DNA of 64,000 bases, taken from contig CBDCLE010000012.1 in assembly GCA_965218585.1 (NCBI GenBank), positions 1 to 64,000 of the forward strand, in the 5' to 3' direction. Below the pieces are notes generated by a model. It worked only from the letters and a program-made list of their open reading frames with translations, was not told the origin of the DNA and ran no database searches. The translations under genes and the position numbers were made by a program. Below, piece after piece: positions 21,246 through 33,442 of the stretch; position 1 is the stretch's first letter; each line of letters begins with the position of its first letter. The stretch is from Terriglobia bacterium (GTDB lineage Bacteria; Acidobacteriota; Terriglobia; 20CM-2-55-15).

Positions 21246-21881
21246 GTGAACACGCAATCCAGTAAGATAACGGGCCGCCGGTGGAAGCTCGCGCTAGCCA
21301 GCATTTTTGCCATGACCTTCCTCGGTTGGGGAATCCTCAGCAATGACGGCATTCTGACTGGTCAAGAGAGCACCCCGGCCAAGACTGAGACTTCGTCTGT
21401 CTTCACGCCCGCGCACTCTTCGTTTGGTGAAGCCGTCCGGCATTTCTTCAACATCCGTAAGGAACCTCGGCAACCGATCGCATACTCGCACCAGTTGCAT
21501 CTGACCGATGTCGGTCTGACATGTGACTTCTGTCACGACAGTGCAGCCCTCGGACCGATCGCGCGCATCCCGAGCGTTGAAACCTGTATGTTCTGCCACC
21601 TTGGTGTCGCCATCGACAGGCCCGAGATCCAGTTGCTCACTTCATACTACGACCGGGGCCAGGAACCGCCCTGGCAACGGGTCTACGGATGGGAACACGA
21701 GGCACACGTCCGGTTCAATCATGCACCCCACATCCTGGCCGAGGTTGAATGTGCCACCTGTCACGGTGACCTGACCGAGATGACAGTGGCCGAGCGGGTC
21801 GTGGACCACACAATGAGTTTCTGTGTGGATTGTCACACCCAGCGGGAAGCTTCTATTGAGTGCGTGACCTGCCACTACTGA
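21246..21881 (+). CDS. Membrane-anchored pentaheme cytochrome c (ActA/QrcA-like)
   Basis: One TM helix; five CxxCH motifs (CDFCH, CMFCH, CATCH, CVDCH, CVTCH). Confidence 0.95.
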   Translation: MNTQSSKITGRRWKLALASIFAMTFLGWGILSNDGILTGQESTPAKTETSSVFTPAHSSFGEAVRHFFNIRKEPRQPIAYSHQLHLTDVGLTCDFCHDSAALGPIARIPSVETCMFCHLGVAIDRPEIQLLTSYYDRGQEPPWQRVYGWEHEAHVRFNHAPHILAEVECATCHGDLTEMTVAERVVDHTMSFCVDCHTQREASIECVTCHY

Positions 21882-21889
21882 GGCAAACC

Positions 21890-24145
21890 ATGGATCGCCG
21901 TCAATTCTTCAAGGTTACAGCCGCAAGCGGCGCAAGCGCGTCCCTGGCGGCATGCGGCAATCCTGAAGACCAGATGATCCGGTTCATTCCCGAGGAGCAA
22001 CTCGTTCCCGGTGTTGCGACATTGAAGCCGAGCGTGTGTCCCCTCTGCTCAGCCGGTTGTGGAGTCCAGGTCCGCGTCATGGAAGGCGATGTCGAGGTCG
22101 TGCGCAACGGACAGGCCGGCGTTGTAAAGAAAGGACTTGCCAAGAAACTCGAAGGCAATCCTCTGCACCCCGTCAACAACGGAAAACTGTGTGCGCGCGG
22201 TCAGGCCGCCATTCAAGTGACATACCATCCGGACCGTATCACCCAGCCGTTACGGCGCACCGGTCCCCGGGGCTCGGGCCAGTTCGAAGAAATCACATGG
22301 GACGAAGCGCTGGCTGACCTGATCTCGCAGTTGGACGCTCTTCAAAACGCGGATAGACCAGACGGTCTGGCTTTCTTGACCCGCCCGCTCCGCGGCCAGA
22401 GAGACGTGTTGGTTCGCCAGTTTGTCGCGCGATTTGGCGCCCCAGCCCCGGTAACTTTCGAAGTGTTTTCCGAGGAGGTGCTCCGACGGGCAAACGAACT
22501 CAGTTTCGGATATCGGCAGTTACCTACATTCGATCTGGCACGTTCGAACTACGTTCTCTCGCTGGGGACTGATTTTCTGGGCACATGGAACTCACCGGTC
22601 GCGCAGAACTACGGTTACGGCGAAATGCGCCAGGGCCGTCCAGGCCTGCGTGCGAAGTTTGTCCAGGTGGAACCGCGAATGTCCCAGACCGGGGCCAATG
22701 CAGATGAATGGATTCCCGCAAATCCGGGAACCGATGGCGTTCTTGCACTGGGCCTGGCTCGCGTGATCATCCGCGAAGGTCTCCGATCCGCCGAAGATGC
22801 CGGGCGTGCCGGCGATCTCATCGAAGGCTGGTCTGAGGGTCTGTCCGATTACACACCCGAGGAAGTAGAGGCCCTGACAGGAGTCAGCGCGGAACGCGTC
22901 GAACGCCTGGCTCGGGAGTTCGCGGCAAGGGAGCCGGCCGTGGCGATGATCGGGGGCGCGCCGCTGGCTCACACGAACAGCCTGTTCCACGCGCTGGCCG
23001 TCAATGCACTCAACGCGCTGGTCGACAGCGTGGACACAGCGGGCGGTGTCGTGTTCACATCACGTCCGAGCATGAACGCCGATCCTGACGGAATGGTAGA
23101 TGCTCCCGAAACCGGAAATTCAGTCGAACAATTCACCCGGAACATTTTGGATGGAGAAGGCCCTTCAGTTCAGGTCTTGCTGCTCAACGACGCCAACGCT
23201 GTTTTTGGGACGCCCGAAGCCTGGCGCGTGGGTGAGGCTTTGTCAACGATTCCCTATATCGCCAGCTTCGGACAATTTGTGGACGAAACCAGTATTCTTT
23301 CGGACCTGATTCTTCCGGATCATTCATTCCTCGAATCCTGGGTCGATGACGTGCCCGAGTCGGGCACAACAGAGTCGGTTGCAAGCGTCGCCCCTCCGGC
23401 CATGAGACCGCTCCATGAGACGCGGGCCATGGCGGACGTTCTGCTCGAGGTCTCACGCAGTCTGGCAGAACCGTTGAATCCCGCGTTTGGGTGGGACACA
23501 TACGAGGACATGATCGAGGCCGCCTTCCGCACGCTGCCGGCAACGGCTGGTGCGACAACTCTGTGGCGCCAGGCTCAGGAGGATGGGGGCTGGTTTGGGG
23601 AGGCGGAACAACAGACTCCGGTCCCGGCCAGCGCCGGACAAGCTTTCGCTTTTACCGAGCCACAATTCGACGGGGACTCGGCCGAGTACCCTTTTAATTT
23701 TCTCCCATACGCATCCCAGGCATTCCTGGACGGTTCCCTCGCTCATTTGCCGTGGCTCCAGGAACTGCCTGACGTCCTTACTACGGCGATGTGGAGCAAT
23801 TGGGTTGAAATCAACCCCCGAACGGCGAGCGGTCTGGGAATTTCAGACGGGGACATGGTGGAAATAGCTTCCGGACAGGGTTCGATAGCAGCGCCGGCGT
23901 TGCTCTCGCCGGGCATTGCGCCCGATGTCATCGCGATGCCAGTCGGTCAGGGACACGAAACGTTCACACGCTATGCCAGCGGAAGAGGATCCAATCCGCT
24001 CCGGATATTGGCCCCCGTTGCCGAACCCCAAACAGGTTCGCTGGCCTGGGCCGCAACCCGCGTCAGAATCACCAGAACCGACGCCCAGGGCAACCTGATA
24101 CTTTTTGCGGGGGCGTTGAGGGAAGAAGAAGAGCGATCAAGGTAG
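21890..24145 (+). CDS. Tat-exported molybdopterin-oxidoreductase-family subunit (ActB1/QrcB-like)
   Basis: MDRRQFFK Tat motif, LAAC lipobox, CPLCSAGC...GKLCARG, C-terminal WVEINP domain. Confidence 0.93.
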   Translation: MDRRQFFKVTAASGASASLAACGNPEDQMIRFIPEEQLVPGVATLKPSVCPLCSAGCGVQVRVMEGDVEVVRNGQAGVVKKGLAKKLEGNPLHPVNNGKLCARGQAAIQVTYHPDRITQPLRRTGPRGSGQFEEITWDEALADLISQLDALQNADRPDGLAFLTRPLRGQRDVLVRQFVARFGAPAPVTFEVFSEEVLRRANELSFGYRQLPTFDLARSNYVLSLGTDFLGTWNSPVAQNYGYGEMRQGRPGLRAKFVQVEPRMSQTGANADEWIPANPGTDGVLALGLARVIIREGLRSAEDAGRAGDLIEGWSEGLSDYTPEEVEALTGVSAERVERLAREFAAREPAVAMIGGAPLAHTNSLFHALAVNALNALVDSVDTAGGVVFTSRPSMNADPDGMVDAPETGNSVEQFTRNILDGEGPSVQVLLLNDANAVFGTPEAWRVGEALSTIPYIASFGQFVDETSILSDLILPDHSFLESWVDDVPESGTTESVASVAPPAMRPLHETRAMADVLLEVSRSLAEPLNPAFGWDTYEDMIEAAFRTLPATAGATTLWRQAQEDGGWFGEAEQQTPVPASAGQAFAFTEPQFDGDSAEYPFNFLPYASQAFLDGSLAHLPWLQELPDVLTTAMWSNWVEINPRTASGLGISDGDMVEIASGQGSIAAPALLSPGIAPDVIAMPVGQGHETFTRYASGRGSNPLRILAPVAEPQTGSLAWAATRVRITRTDAQGNLILFAGALREEEERSR

Positions 24146-24158
24146 AGGGCAATCACAT

Positions 24159-24847
<689 letters not shown>

Positions 24848-24851
<4 letters not shown>

Positions 24852-26209
24852 GTTCTGCCCCCGATCAGCGGATGACCGAGGACCTGCTCCGTCCGCTGTA
24901 CCAGACATCAGCAAAGTTCTACGTCGCCGTGGCTGTTTTGTTGGCCGTCGTACTGATTGGTGCATGGGCCTGGATCGCCCAGATGTATTACGGAATCGGG
25001 GAAAGCGGCCTGAACTGGCCAGTGTACTGGGGCCTGTTTATCGTCAACTTCGTCTTCTGGATCGGCATCAGCCACGCCGGAACACTGATCTCCGCGATCC
25101 TTCGGATAGTCAACGCCGGATGGAGACGTCCGGTGACGCGGTGCGCGGAGGCCATCACTGCATTCGCCCTGATGATAGGTGCGATGTTTCCCCTGATCCA
25201 CATGGGCCGTCCATGGCTGTTTTTCTATTTGATTCCCTATCCGAACGACCGGGGCATATGGCCCAATTTTCGTTCGCCATTGGTTTGGGATTTCTTCGCC
25301 ATTGCCACCTACCTGACGGCCAGCACTCTTTTCCTGCTGTTGCCGATGATCCCCGACTTTGCCTTGATTCGGGACCGCAACAACGGTTGGCGGCACAAGG
25401 TCTACGGCTTTCTCGCTATGGGCTGGCAGGGAACCCCGAAGCAATGGAGTCGACTCGAATCGGCAATGGGTATAATGGCCGTGGCCATCATTCCGATCGC
25501 CGTCTCAGTGCATACGATCGTCTCGTTCGATTTTGCAATGGCGGTTGTTCCAGGATGGCACTCCACAATCTTCGGTCCTTACTTTGTAGCAGGAGCGATC
25601 TTCAGCGGGATCGCAGGCCTCATCATAGCGATGGCAGCTCTTCGAAAGCTTCTTCATCTGGAGAAATATCTGCGGCCGATTCATTTCGCGAACCTCGGGA
25701 AGCTGTTGCTGACAATGAGCCTGCTCTGGGCTTACTTCCTCTTCGACGAACGTCTGACGGTGTGGTACGGCAACGAAACCCATGAGATGGGTGTCTTCTG
25801 GGCGACGATAACCGGGGAATACGGACCCTTCTTCTGGACCATGGTCGCCTGCAACTTCCTCATCCCGCTCCCCATTCTGGGAATCAAGAAACTACGCACG
25901 ATCACCGGGACCGTGATCGCTTCGGGCGGTGTCATTCTCGGAATGTGGCTGGAGCGGTACCTGATCGTCGTTCCGTCGCTCTCCTATAAACAGCTCCCGT
26001 ATTCCTGGGGCACCTATCTTCCGAGCTCGACCGAAATCGGCATCATGGTGGGTTCGTTTGCGGCCATGATCCTCTTGTATGTCCTTTTTTCCAAGTTCGT
26101 CCCGATAATTTCCATCTGGGAGATGAAGGGGGGCAACGCGGGCACGACATCTGTTGAAGAAGCCACAACCCGGGCGCCTTCGACCCGGGCGGCAGAGGAA
26201 CTCGCATGA
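24848..26209 (+). CDS. NrfD/PsrC-family membrane subunit (ActC-like)
   Basis: NFVFWIGISHAGTLISAIL, HMGRPW, NFRSPLVWD, SVHTIVSFDFA, WHSTIFGPYFVAGAIFSG. Confidence 0.95.
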
Positions 26210-26706
26210 CGGCAGTCTACGCACTCTATGACACTCCCGAGGCAGCTCAAAACGCTGTGAACGGTTTACGGGCAGCGGGCGTTCCGGATGGCGAGATCAT
26301 GATCATGTCGTCCGAGCCGCTGGACAACTATGAAATGGGACAGAAGGACAGCCACACTAATATGCGGTGGATCGCCCTGGCAGGAGGACTGACCGGACTC
26401 GGCTCCGGTGTTGCACTGACGTCATTCACACAAATGGACTGGCCGCTGGTAACCGGCGGCATGCCGATCATTACATCCCTGACCAATCTGATCCCGATCT
26501 TTGAATTGACCATGCTCGGCGCGGTGCTGGCAACCGTTGTCACGCTTTTGATTACGGCCGGGCTGCCTGGCAGGAAGTCCCGGATCTACGATCCGGCCGT
26601 ATCGGAGGGAAAAATTCTGGTCGGCATAGAAGATCAGCAGGACTTCACTACAGCAGATCTGGAGCGGACGCTCCAGGTAGACGGCGAGGTCAACTGGCTC
26701 CCGTAG
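26206..26706 (+). CDS. ActD-like (DUF3341) membrane subunit
   Basis: Two TM helices, DWPLVTGGMP, IPIFELTML; overlaps the ActC stop. Confidence 0.88.
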   Translation: MTAVYALYDTPEAAQNAVNGLRAAGVPDGEIMIMSSEPLDNYEMGQKDSHTNMRWIALAGGLTGLGSGVALTSFTQMDWPLVTGGMPIITSLTNLIPIFELTMLGAVLATVVTLLITAGLPGRKSRIYDPAVSEGKILVGIEDQQDFTTADLERTLQVDGEVNWLP

Positions 26707-26707
26707 A

Positions 26708-26803
26708 TAATTAAAGGGACAGACTACTCAATCCCCGAATTAACATTTAGAATTTCTGCAATCGCGAAATTCGGGAATTGAGTGTAGTCTGTCCCTTTAA
26801 TTA
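26708..26803. repeat. REPIN-like inverted repeat, family A
   Basis: Perfect 20-bp arms TAATTAAAGGGACAGACTAC / GTAGTCTGTCCCTTTAATTA plus an inner imperfect stem. Confidence 0.9.
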
Positions 26804-26842
26804 AATTGAGAGAACCTCTAGTTCTTAAGAAATACTTTCTTC

Positions 26843-26869
26843 CTCTGTGCTCTCTGCGCCTCTGTGGTT
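26843..26869. repeat. Family B repeat half-element (CTCTGCG-type)
   Basis: CTCTGTGCTCTCTGCGCCTCTGTGGTT resembles the right arms at ~40370, ~41720 and ~57955. Confidence 0.65.
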
Positions 26870-26878
26870 CATTCCTGG

Positions 26879-28309
<1,431 letters not shown>

Positions 28310-28512
28310 GATTTCACCTTTTTTAATTCGGCCATCAGCAGTCAGTTAACAGCTGACAATTATACTTGGAACTAATCAACTCCGTTGGGCCCGCACTCAG
28401 GAGAGTGCGGGCGGCAAAGGTCACTTGGTCAGGATGACCATTTTAGTGACCGCTGCAGGTCTTGGTCATCCATCAATCTGAACAGCTTCAAACCTACTTT
28501 TCACTCTTGCTG

Positions 28513-29475
28513 TCACCGGGTTCGTTGGGCGGATACCAAGAACAGATCCGGGGCCGGCCGTGTCGGGGCTGCCAGACTACCCGCGATGGGCATCGGAAGC
28601 AACCGGCGATTCAGGATTGAAAAACCAGATCGTTCCAGTTCATCCGCCACGTAGTCAGGATCGAGCCCGTTAGACGCATCTCCGATACGCCGCCGAAAAT
28701 CTTCCATCGAATGGGGTGCGACGTCGACAATCAGGAGGCGACCGCCATCGACTATGCCACGTGCCAGTTCTTCCACAGAACGGGGAATGTCGGGAGAATG
28801 ACGAAGCACAAGAACGGCCAGTGCACAATCGATTGATGCATCCGCAACCGGCAAGTCTTCGATCCGTCCGAGCTTGAACTGGACGTTGGACAAACCTTCC
28901 CGATCGGCGCGTTGACGAGCAAGTTCCAACATTGCTGACGAGGCATCGGCGGCAATCACCTGGGCGAATTGCCGGGCCAGGAACGGCAGCATATAGCCCG
29001 TTCCGGTTCCGATATCGAGGACACACCAATCCGTCGGCAACAGGCTGGCAACGGCCTCCAAATGGAACAACCCTCCGAAGTGTTCCGAACGCAGTTCATC
29101 CCACTGGTGAGCCACCTTCTCGAACGTATCACCAGAACCGTTGCGATTCTCTACGGTCTGTCTTAAACGCATGTGAACAGCGGTGGGTAGCGGCTGCCCC
29201 CGGAGCCACGAATTCAGGACTCCGGCAAGATCCCCCCCACTCCCACCACTGGGTTCAGCAAGTTCTATGTAGACGCGGTTGCCCTCGCTACGTTCTACGA
29301 GGAGCCCTGTCGCACGGAGGGTTTTCAGGTGCCTGCTGACTGTGGACTGCGGAAGTCCAAGAACATCGGCGATCTCGCCAACGGTGAGAGGCGTCTCTGC
29401 CAGAATTCGGGCTACGTGACGGCGCACGGAGTCGCCGAGCGAGCGGAAAAGGACGTCGGAGCTAGATTGATCCAT
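28513..29475 (-). CDS. ArsR HTH + class I methyltransferase-fold regulator (SahR/SamR-like)
   Basis: LPQSTVSRHLKTL HTH; VLDIGTGTG SAM motif; directly upstream of ahcY. Confidence 0.92.
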   Translation of the reverse strand: MDQSSSDVLFRSLGDSVRRHVARILAETPLTVGEIADVLGLPQSTVSRHLKTLRATGLLVERSEGNRVYIELAEPSGGSGGDLAGVLNSWLRGQPLPTAVHMRLRQTVENRNGSGDTFEKVAHQWDELRSEHFGGLFHLEAVASLLPTDWCVLDIGTGTGYMLPFLARQFAQVIAADASSAMLELARQRADREGLSNVQFKLGRIEDLPVADASIDCALAVLVLRHSPDIPRSVEELARGIVDGGRLLIVDVAPHSMEDFRRRIGDASNGLDPDYVADELERSGFSILNRRLLPMPIAGSLAAPTRPAPDLFLVSAQRTR

Positions 29476-29477
29476 AA

Positions 29478-29493
29478 ATCCGAATATACGGAT
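29478..29493 (-). promoter_or_regulatory. Palindromic operator ATCCG-N6-CGGAT abutting the start of the SahR-like gene
   Basis: ATCCGAATATACGGAT lies 2 nt from the ATG at 29475. Confidence 0.65.
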
Positions 29494-29614
29494 CAAGTCA
29501 AGATATGTCAATCCGGATCAACGAGTGGCGACCTCTTCTCTATCAAACTGTTGAAAACGCCACTCGTAACCAGGGACCCCCGTGCTCCGAATCTAACCAG
29601 AATAGAGATCGGTC

Positions 29615-29782
29615 TGACCTGCTCGAAGTAATAAAATCTGCTCGCAAGGCAACGCCGGGTGGTCGGTTCACTCATAAGCAAGAGAGGCGTTTGCCGCTTT
29701 TTCGACATCGGGTCGAACCGACCCCCGGGGTCGGGACGAGCGAGGCCGACAAACCGTCAGTGGGTGTTTGGCGAGGAGGTCA
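29615..29782 (+). ncRNA. Candidate structured RNA (long interrupted hairpin with central bubble) upstream of the sigma factor
   Basis: Nested complementary segments 29615-29625/29772-29782, 29640-29644/29737-29741, 29655-29659/29724-29728, 29661-29669/29715-29723. Confidence 0.4.
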
Positions 29783-29866
29783 CACTGCCACTCGAGCGAC
29801 TACTTGAAATAGAGCAACATAGGCATAGATTGGAGTAGAGAAACCCATGCCGGGAGGAGGCAGAAA

Positions 29867-31342
29867 GTGGTCAGATCCGACTCCATCTACGCCGCCGAAG
29901 AAGAACAATCAGAAGGGTCCCGACAGAGGTCAGTCGTCGAAGATCCAAGAGGGTCATCCCTCTTCTCAGGGGAATCCCGGCCAGCTGAAACTCCCCAAAG
30001 CGACAGGCGGATAAAGGACTCTGTAGATAGTGTTCGCGTATACCTGAATGCGTCAGGAACTGCGCCTCTGCTGACACGCGAGGGGGAGGTCGAACTGGCG
30101 AAGGCGCTCGAAGAAGGAGATCGAGCCATGCTGGAAGGCCTGGCCGCAATTCCCTGGGTTAGCCACGAAATCATCAGGCGATCGGAACAAATGGGCGAGG
30201 GACCGACCCAATGGCGACAGATAGTTCACATTGGCGGTCACGAGGAATCCGATCCCTTAAAACGATGCCGTCGCCAGATCCGACAGTTGGGGCGCCTTGG
30301 CCTTCAGATGGAAGAAGCCGACTCACCCGAAGACCACGAACGAATCCAAAAAAGATTGGCCCGTCTGTTGGAGGAAATGGGACTCGCCGAGAATCTGAGG
30401 CGGGACCTTGTCGAAGAATTGCGAGGAAGAGTGACCCTCCTTCGAACACTCGAGGGGACGCTTGGCGGTGCCAATCCCTCGTCTGAGACGGGAAAGAGAA
30501 CCCGTCGAAACGTCCGCAATCAGATGCGTCAAGCAGAGCTTTACCTGGGCATCGACAGAGAGCAATTATTCGCACGGATGGAAAAGGTTGAATTGGCTCT
30601 GGCACGCCGCAAAAGGGCCAAGAACGCTTTTGTCGAGGCGAACCTCAAACTCGTCATTTCGATCGCGAAGAAACATGTCAACCGTGGTTTGCCGTTTCTG
30701 GATCTGATTCAGGAAGGGAACATCGGACTGATGCGGGCCGTAGAGAAGTTTGATCACCGTCGTGGATTGAAGTTCTCTACGTACGCTACGTGGTGGATCC
30801 GACAGGCGGTCACTCGATCGATCGCAGATCAGGCACGTACGGTTCGCGTGCCCGTTCACATGAACGAACAGATCAACCGCCTGACGAGGGCTGCTCGAGA
30901 CCTCTTTGGCGAACTGGATCGTGAACCGACGCGCGAAGAACTCGCCCAGCACATGAAGCTCAGCATCGAAAAACTGGAAACGATCGTCCGTGCGTCCCGC
31001 AAGCCTGTATCTCTCGATGCTCCAATCGCAGAAAACAGCGATTCCAACGTCGCCGAGTTCATCCCGGACGAGACGACAACTTCGCAGCTGGACGCGGTAG
31101 CCTCAACCGACGTGCTGGAAGCAACAGAGTCGATTCTCGAGAAGCTGGATCCAAGAGAGCGCCGTGTCCTGCGACTTCGTTTCGGCCTGGAAACCGGCGA
31201 AGAACAAACCCTGGAAGAAATCAGTGAACAATTCGAACTCACTCGGGAACGGATCCGTCAGATCGAGGCACGAGCGCTGGACAAACTGCGCCAGCCTCAG
31301 TACAAAGCCATTCTGGCACCGTTTCTGACGAGTTTGAACTAA
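29867..31342 (+). CDS. RpoD-like sigma-70 factor paralogue lacking a recognisable region 1.1
   Basis: DSVRVYL...LLTREGEVELAK, DLIQEGNIGLMRAVEKFD...KFSTYATWWIRQA, TRERIRQIEARAL. Confidence 0.95.
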   Translation: MVRSDSIYAAEEEQSEGSRQRSVVEDPRGSSLFSGESRPAETPQSDRRIKDSVDSVRVYLNASGTAPLLTREGEVELAKALEEGDRAMLEGLAAIPWVSHEIIRRSEQMGEGPTQWRQIVHIGGHEESDPLKRCRRQIRQLGRLGLQMEEADSPEDHERIQKRLARLLEEMGLAENLRRDLVEELRGRVTLLRTLEGTLGGANPSSETGKRTRRNVRNQMRQAELYLGIDREQLFARMEKVELALARRKRAKNAFVEANLKLVISIAKKHVNRGLPFLDLIQEGNIGLMRAVEKFDHRRGLKFSTYATWWIRQAVTRSIADQARTVRVPVHMNEQINRLTRAARDLFGELDREPTREELAQHMKLSIEKLETIVRASRKPVSLDAPIAENSDSNVAEFIPDETTTSQLDAVASTDVLEATESILEKLDPRERRVLRLRFGLETGEEQTLEEISEQFELTRERIRQIEARALDKLRQPQYKAILAPFLTSLN

Positions 31343-31396
31343 ACGGCCAACCCGAATTCCACCACCGATTCGGAACCCAACTTGCGGACAGACTAG

Positions 31397-33133
31397 CCCG
31401 CATGTTTCACCAGTCCGGCGATCAGGGGGATTTGGGCAGTAAGAATCGGATTCGGGAGGATCTGGGTTCGAATTGGGCATGTGTGGCGTGACTCGGCGGT
31501 GTCGACAAGCGGGAGTTGCTGCGTTTTCGGGTTCAGAAGAGGGTGACGAAACGCACTGAGACAAACCTCGGCGGAGCCGAAAAGAACGAGTCGATTTTGG
31601 CGCAGGGGATCGGGTCGGTTCTCAGCAGCGCAGAGGAAGCGCCTGCAGGTTTCGATGGACGAGGGCAAAGACCTCGGCGTAGGGATAGGCTTCCGACATG
31701 GAGATCCAGATGTTGCGAACCGTCAGACGGACTTGAGCTCCGATCTTGAGGAGCTTCAAGCGGATCGTCTGGCACTGAGCGCGGGCCAGATCGGTATTCT
31801 TCAGTCCCAGACGGCGTAACGCGTGCAGGAGCATGTAGGCGGCCGAGGACAGATAGAGCCGGAGTTGATTGGCGCGCATGGTTGCCGCGCTGGTCCGGTC
31901 GGCGAATAGATCCAACTGCTGTTCCTTGATGCGATTTTCCATGTCGCCCCGCGCACAGTAAAAGTCTTCATAGAGGGCGCGGGCGTCCAGGCGTTCCGGC
32001 GACAGTGAGGTCACAACGAATCGAGGATTGGCGCCTTTCTCCAGGAACTCGGCCTTGCCGATGACGCGTCGGGTGCAGGTCCAGCTCTTCCGAGTGCGAT
32101 ACCGGAAATCGTTAAACACCCGCGCCGGTTTCCCGGTGTCGTTAAACTCGGCTTCGGCCTGACTCATCGATTCAGCGATCTCGCGCTTGAGCCGATCGTT
32201 CTTGGCCAGACCCACCACGTAATCGACCTGGTGGGCCTCGCACCAACTCAGCAATTCATCCCGGCAAAAGCCCGAGTCGGCCCGGATGATAATCGACACC
32301 TCCGGCCAGCTCTGCCGGATCTGGCCGATGATGCGGTTCAATTCCTCGACGGCGCCGTCCGCACCGTCGACATTGGAGCACCGCAACCGGGCGCATAGCA
32401 GATGCTCTCCCGAAAAGATGTAGAGCGGCAGATAACAGTAGTTGCCGTAGTAGCCGTGAAAGAACCGTCCTTCCTGATGGCCATGGATCGGATCATCGGT
32501 CGCATCCAGGTCCAGAACAATCTCCTCGGGCGCCGATCCGTGAGCCGCCACAAATGCATCCACCATCCAGCGGTCGATCTTGTCCGGGTCCATGGCAATC
32601 TTCTTGTACCGCTCCTTCCCATCGACTTGCTCCCCGGTCAGTTCCAACCGGTTCAGCGTACACTTGCCCGCCAACGCTTTTCCCCGGTCTCGGGCCTGCC
32701 GCCGCTTCTCCCCCAGTGGATCGGCCTTATCCACCGCCACGGCCAGCATCGGATCGGTCCGCAGTTGGTCATGATCGTTCAGATCCTCGTAGCCCAGACA
32801 GAGTCCGTAGACGCGCTGCCCCAATAACTCGCTCACCGTGTGTTCGATCAACCTCGCGTCCCGGTAATCCCTGAAACACTCGGCCAGTCCGGCGATCAGA
32901 CCCGTTCGCTTTTCCACTTCCCTCAACAGCAGAACCCCAGCGTCGGAGGTGATCTTTCCGCCGTCAAAACGCGCCTTCACTTTTCGTTGAAGAAGTCCGT
33001 GAAATTCGAACGTCGTTTGGTTACACTCTGTTCTCATAAGGGCCGTCTCCGTTTGGCTTGTTAAACGTTTATTTCAAAACGCTTTATGCCAGACAGGGCG
33101 GCCTTTTCTGGTCCTATCGGTGAAATATGCGGG
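31397..33133 (-). mobile_element. IS1380-family insertion sequence, 1737 bp, intact
   Basis: IRs CCCGCATGTTTCACC / GGTGAAATATGCGGG; CTAG on both flanks (31393-31396, 33134-33137). Confidence 0.95.
31622..33037 (-). CDS. IS1380-family transposase
   Basis: FDGGKITSDAG, LDLDATDD, IRADSGF, YCARGDMENRIKE. Confidence 0.97.
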   Translation of the reverse strand: MRTECNQTTFEFHGLLQRKVKARFDGGKITSDAGVLLLREVEKRTGLIAGLAECFRDYRDARLIEHTVSELLGQRVYGLCLGYEDLNDHDQLRTDPMLAVAVDKADPLGEKRRQARDRGKALAGKCTLNRLELTGEQVDGKERYKKIAMDPDKIDRWMVDAFVAAHGSAPEEIVLDLDATDDPIHGHQEGRFFHGYYGNYCYLPLYIFSGEHLLCARLRCSNVDGADGAVEELNRIIGQIRQSWPEVSIIIRADSGFCRDELLSWCEAHQVDYVVGLAKNDRLKREIAESMSQAEAEFNDTGKPARVFNDFRYRTRKSWTCTRRVIGKAEFLEKGANPRFVVTSLSPERLDARALYEDFYCARGDMENRIKEQQLDLFADRTSAATMRANQLRLYLSSAAYMLLHALRRLGLKNTDLARAQCQTIRLKLLKIGAQVRLTVRNIWISMSEAYPYAEVFALVHRNLQALPLRC

Positions 33134-33145
33134 CTAGTAGCGGCA

Positions 33146-33440
33146 GCAGATTACACGGATGTTAGGCAGATTTCACGGATAAAGGCGGCTTTCGCGGGTT
33201 TGATCGATATTAATTTCTTGCCTTCGGCCCCCGGAACGCTCTATGGTGTCGGCATATACACCACTCATCACAGAGGTTGACCGGCGGGACGGGTCCCCAG
33301 CCCGCAGGTTGGCACAGGCCGTCCAACTTGGCCTAACCGACCGACCCGCCGGCATCCTCGTTACACAGATCTCACGGATTCGAGCCAACGATTAGACCGA
33401 TGCGCGCTGAATCCTCGTGATCCGCGTAATCCGTGTAATT
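33146..33440. repeat. Family C repeats (CAGAT..CACGGAT / ATCCGTGTA)
   Basis: GCAGATTACACGGAT, GCAGATTTCACGGAT, ACAGATCTCACGGAT and inverted ATCCGCGTAATCCGTGTAA. Confidence 0.75.
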
Positions 33441-33442
33441 GT

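Noticed and set aside
33281-33352. tRNA-Sec or other RNA in the CCGGCGGG...CCCGCCGG stem
   Set aside because: No UCA anticodon arm or T-loop; only a terminal inverted repeat
33146-33440. CRISPR array
   Set aside because: Repeats are short, degenerate and irregularly spaced; no cas genes
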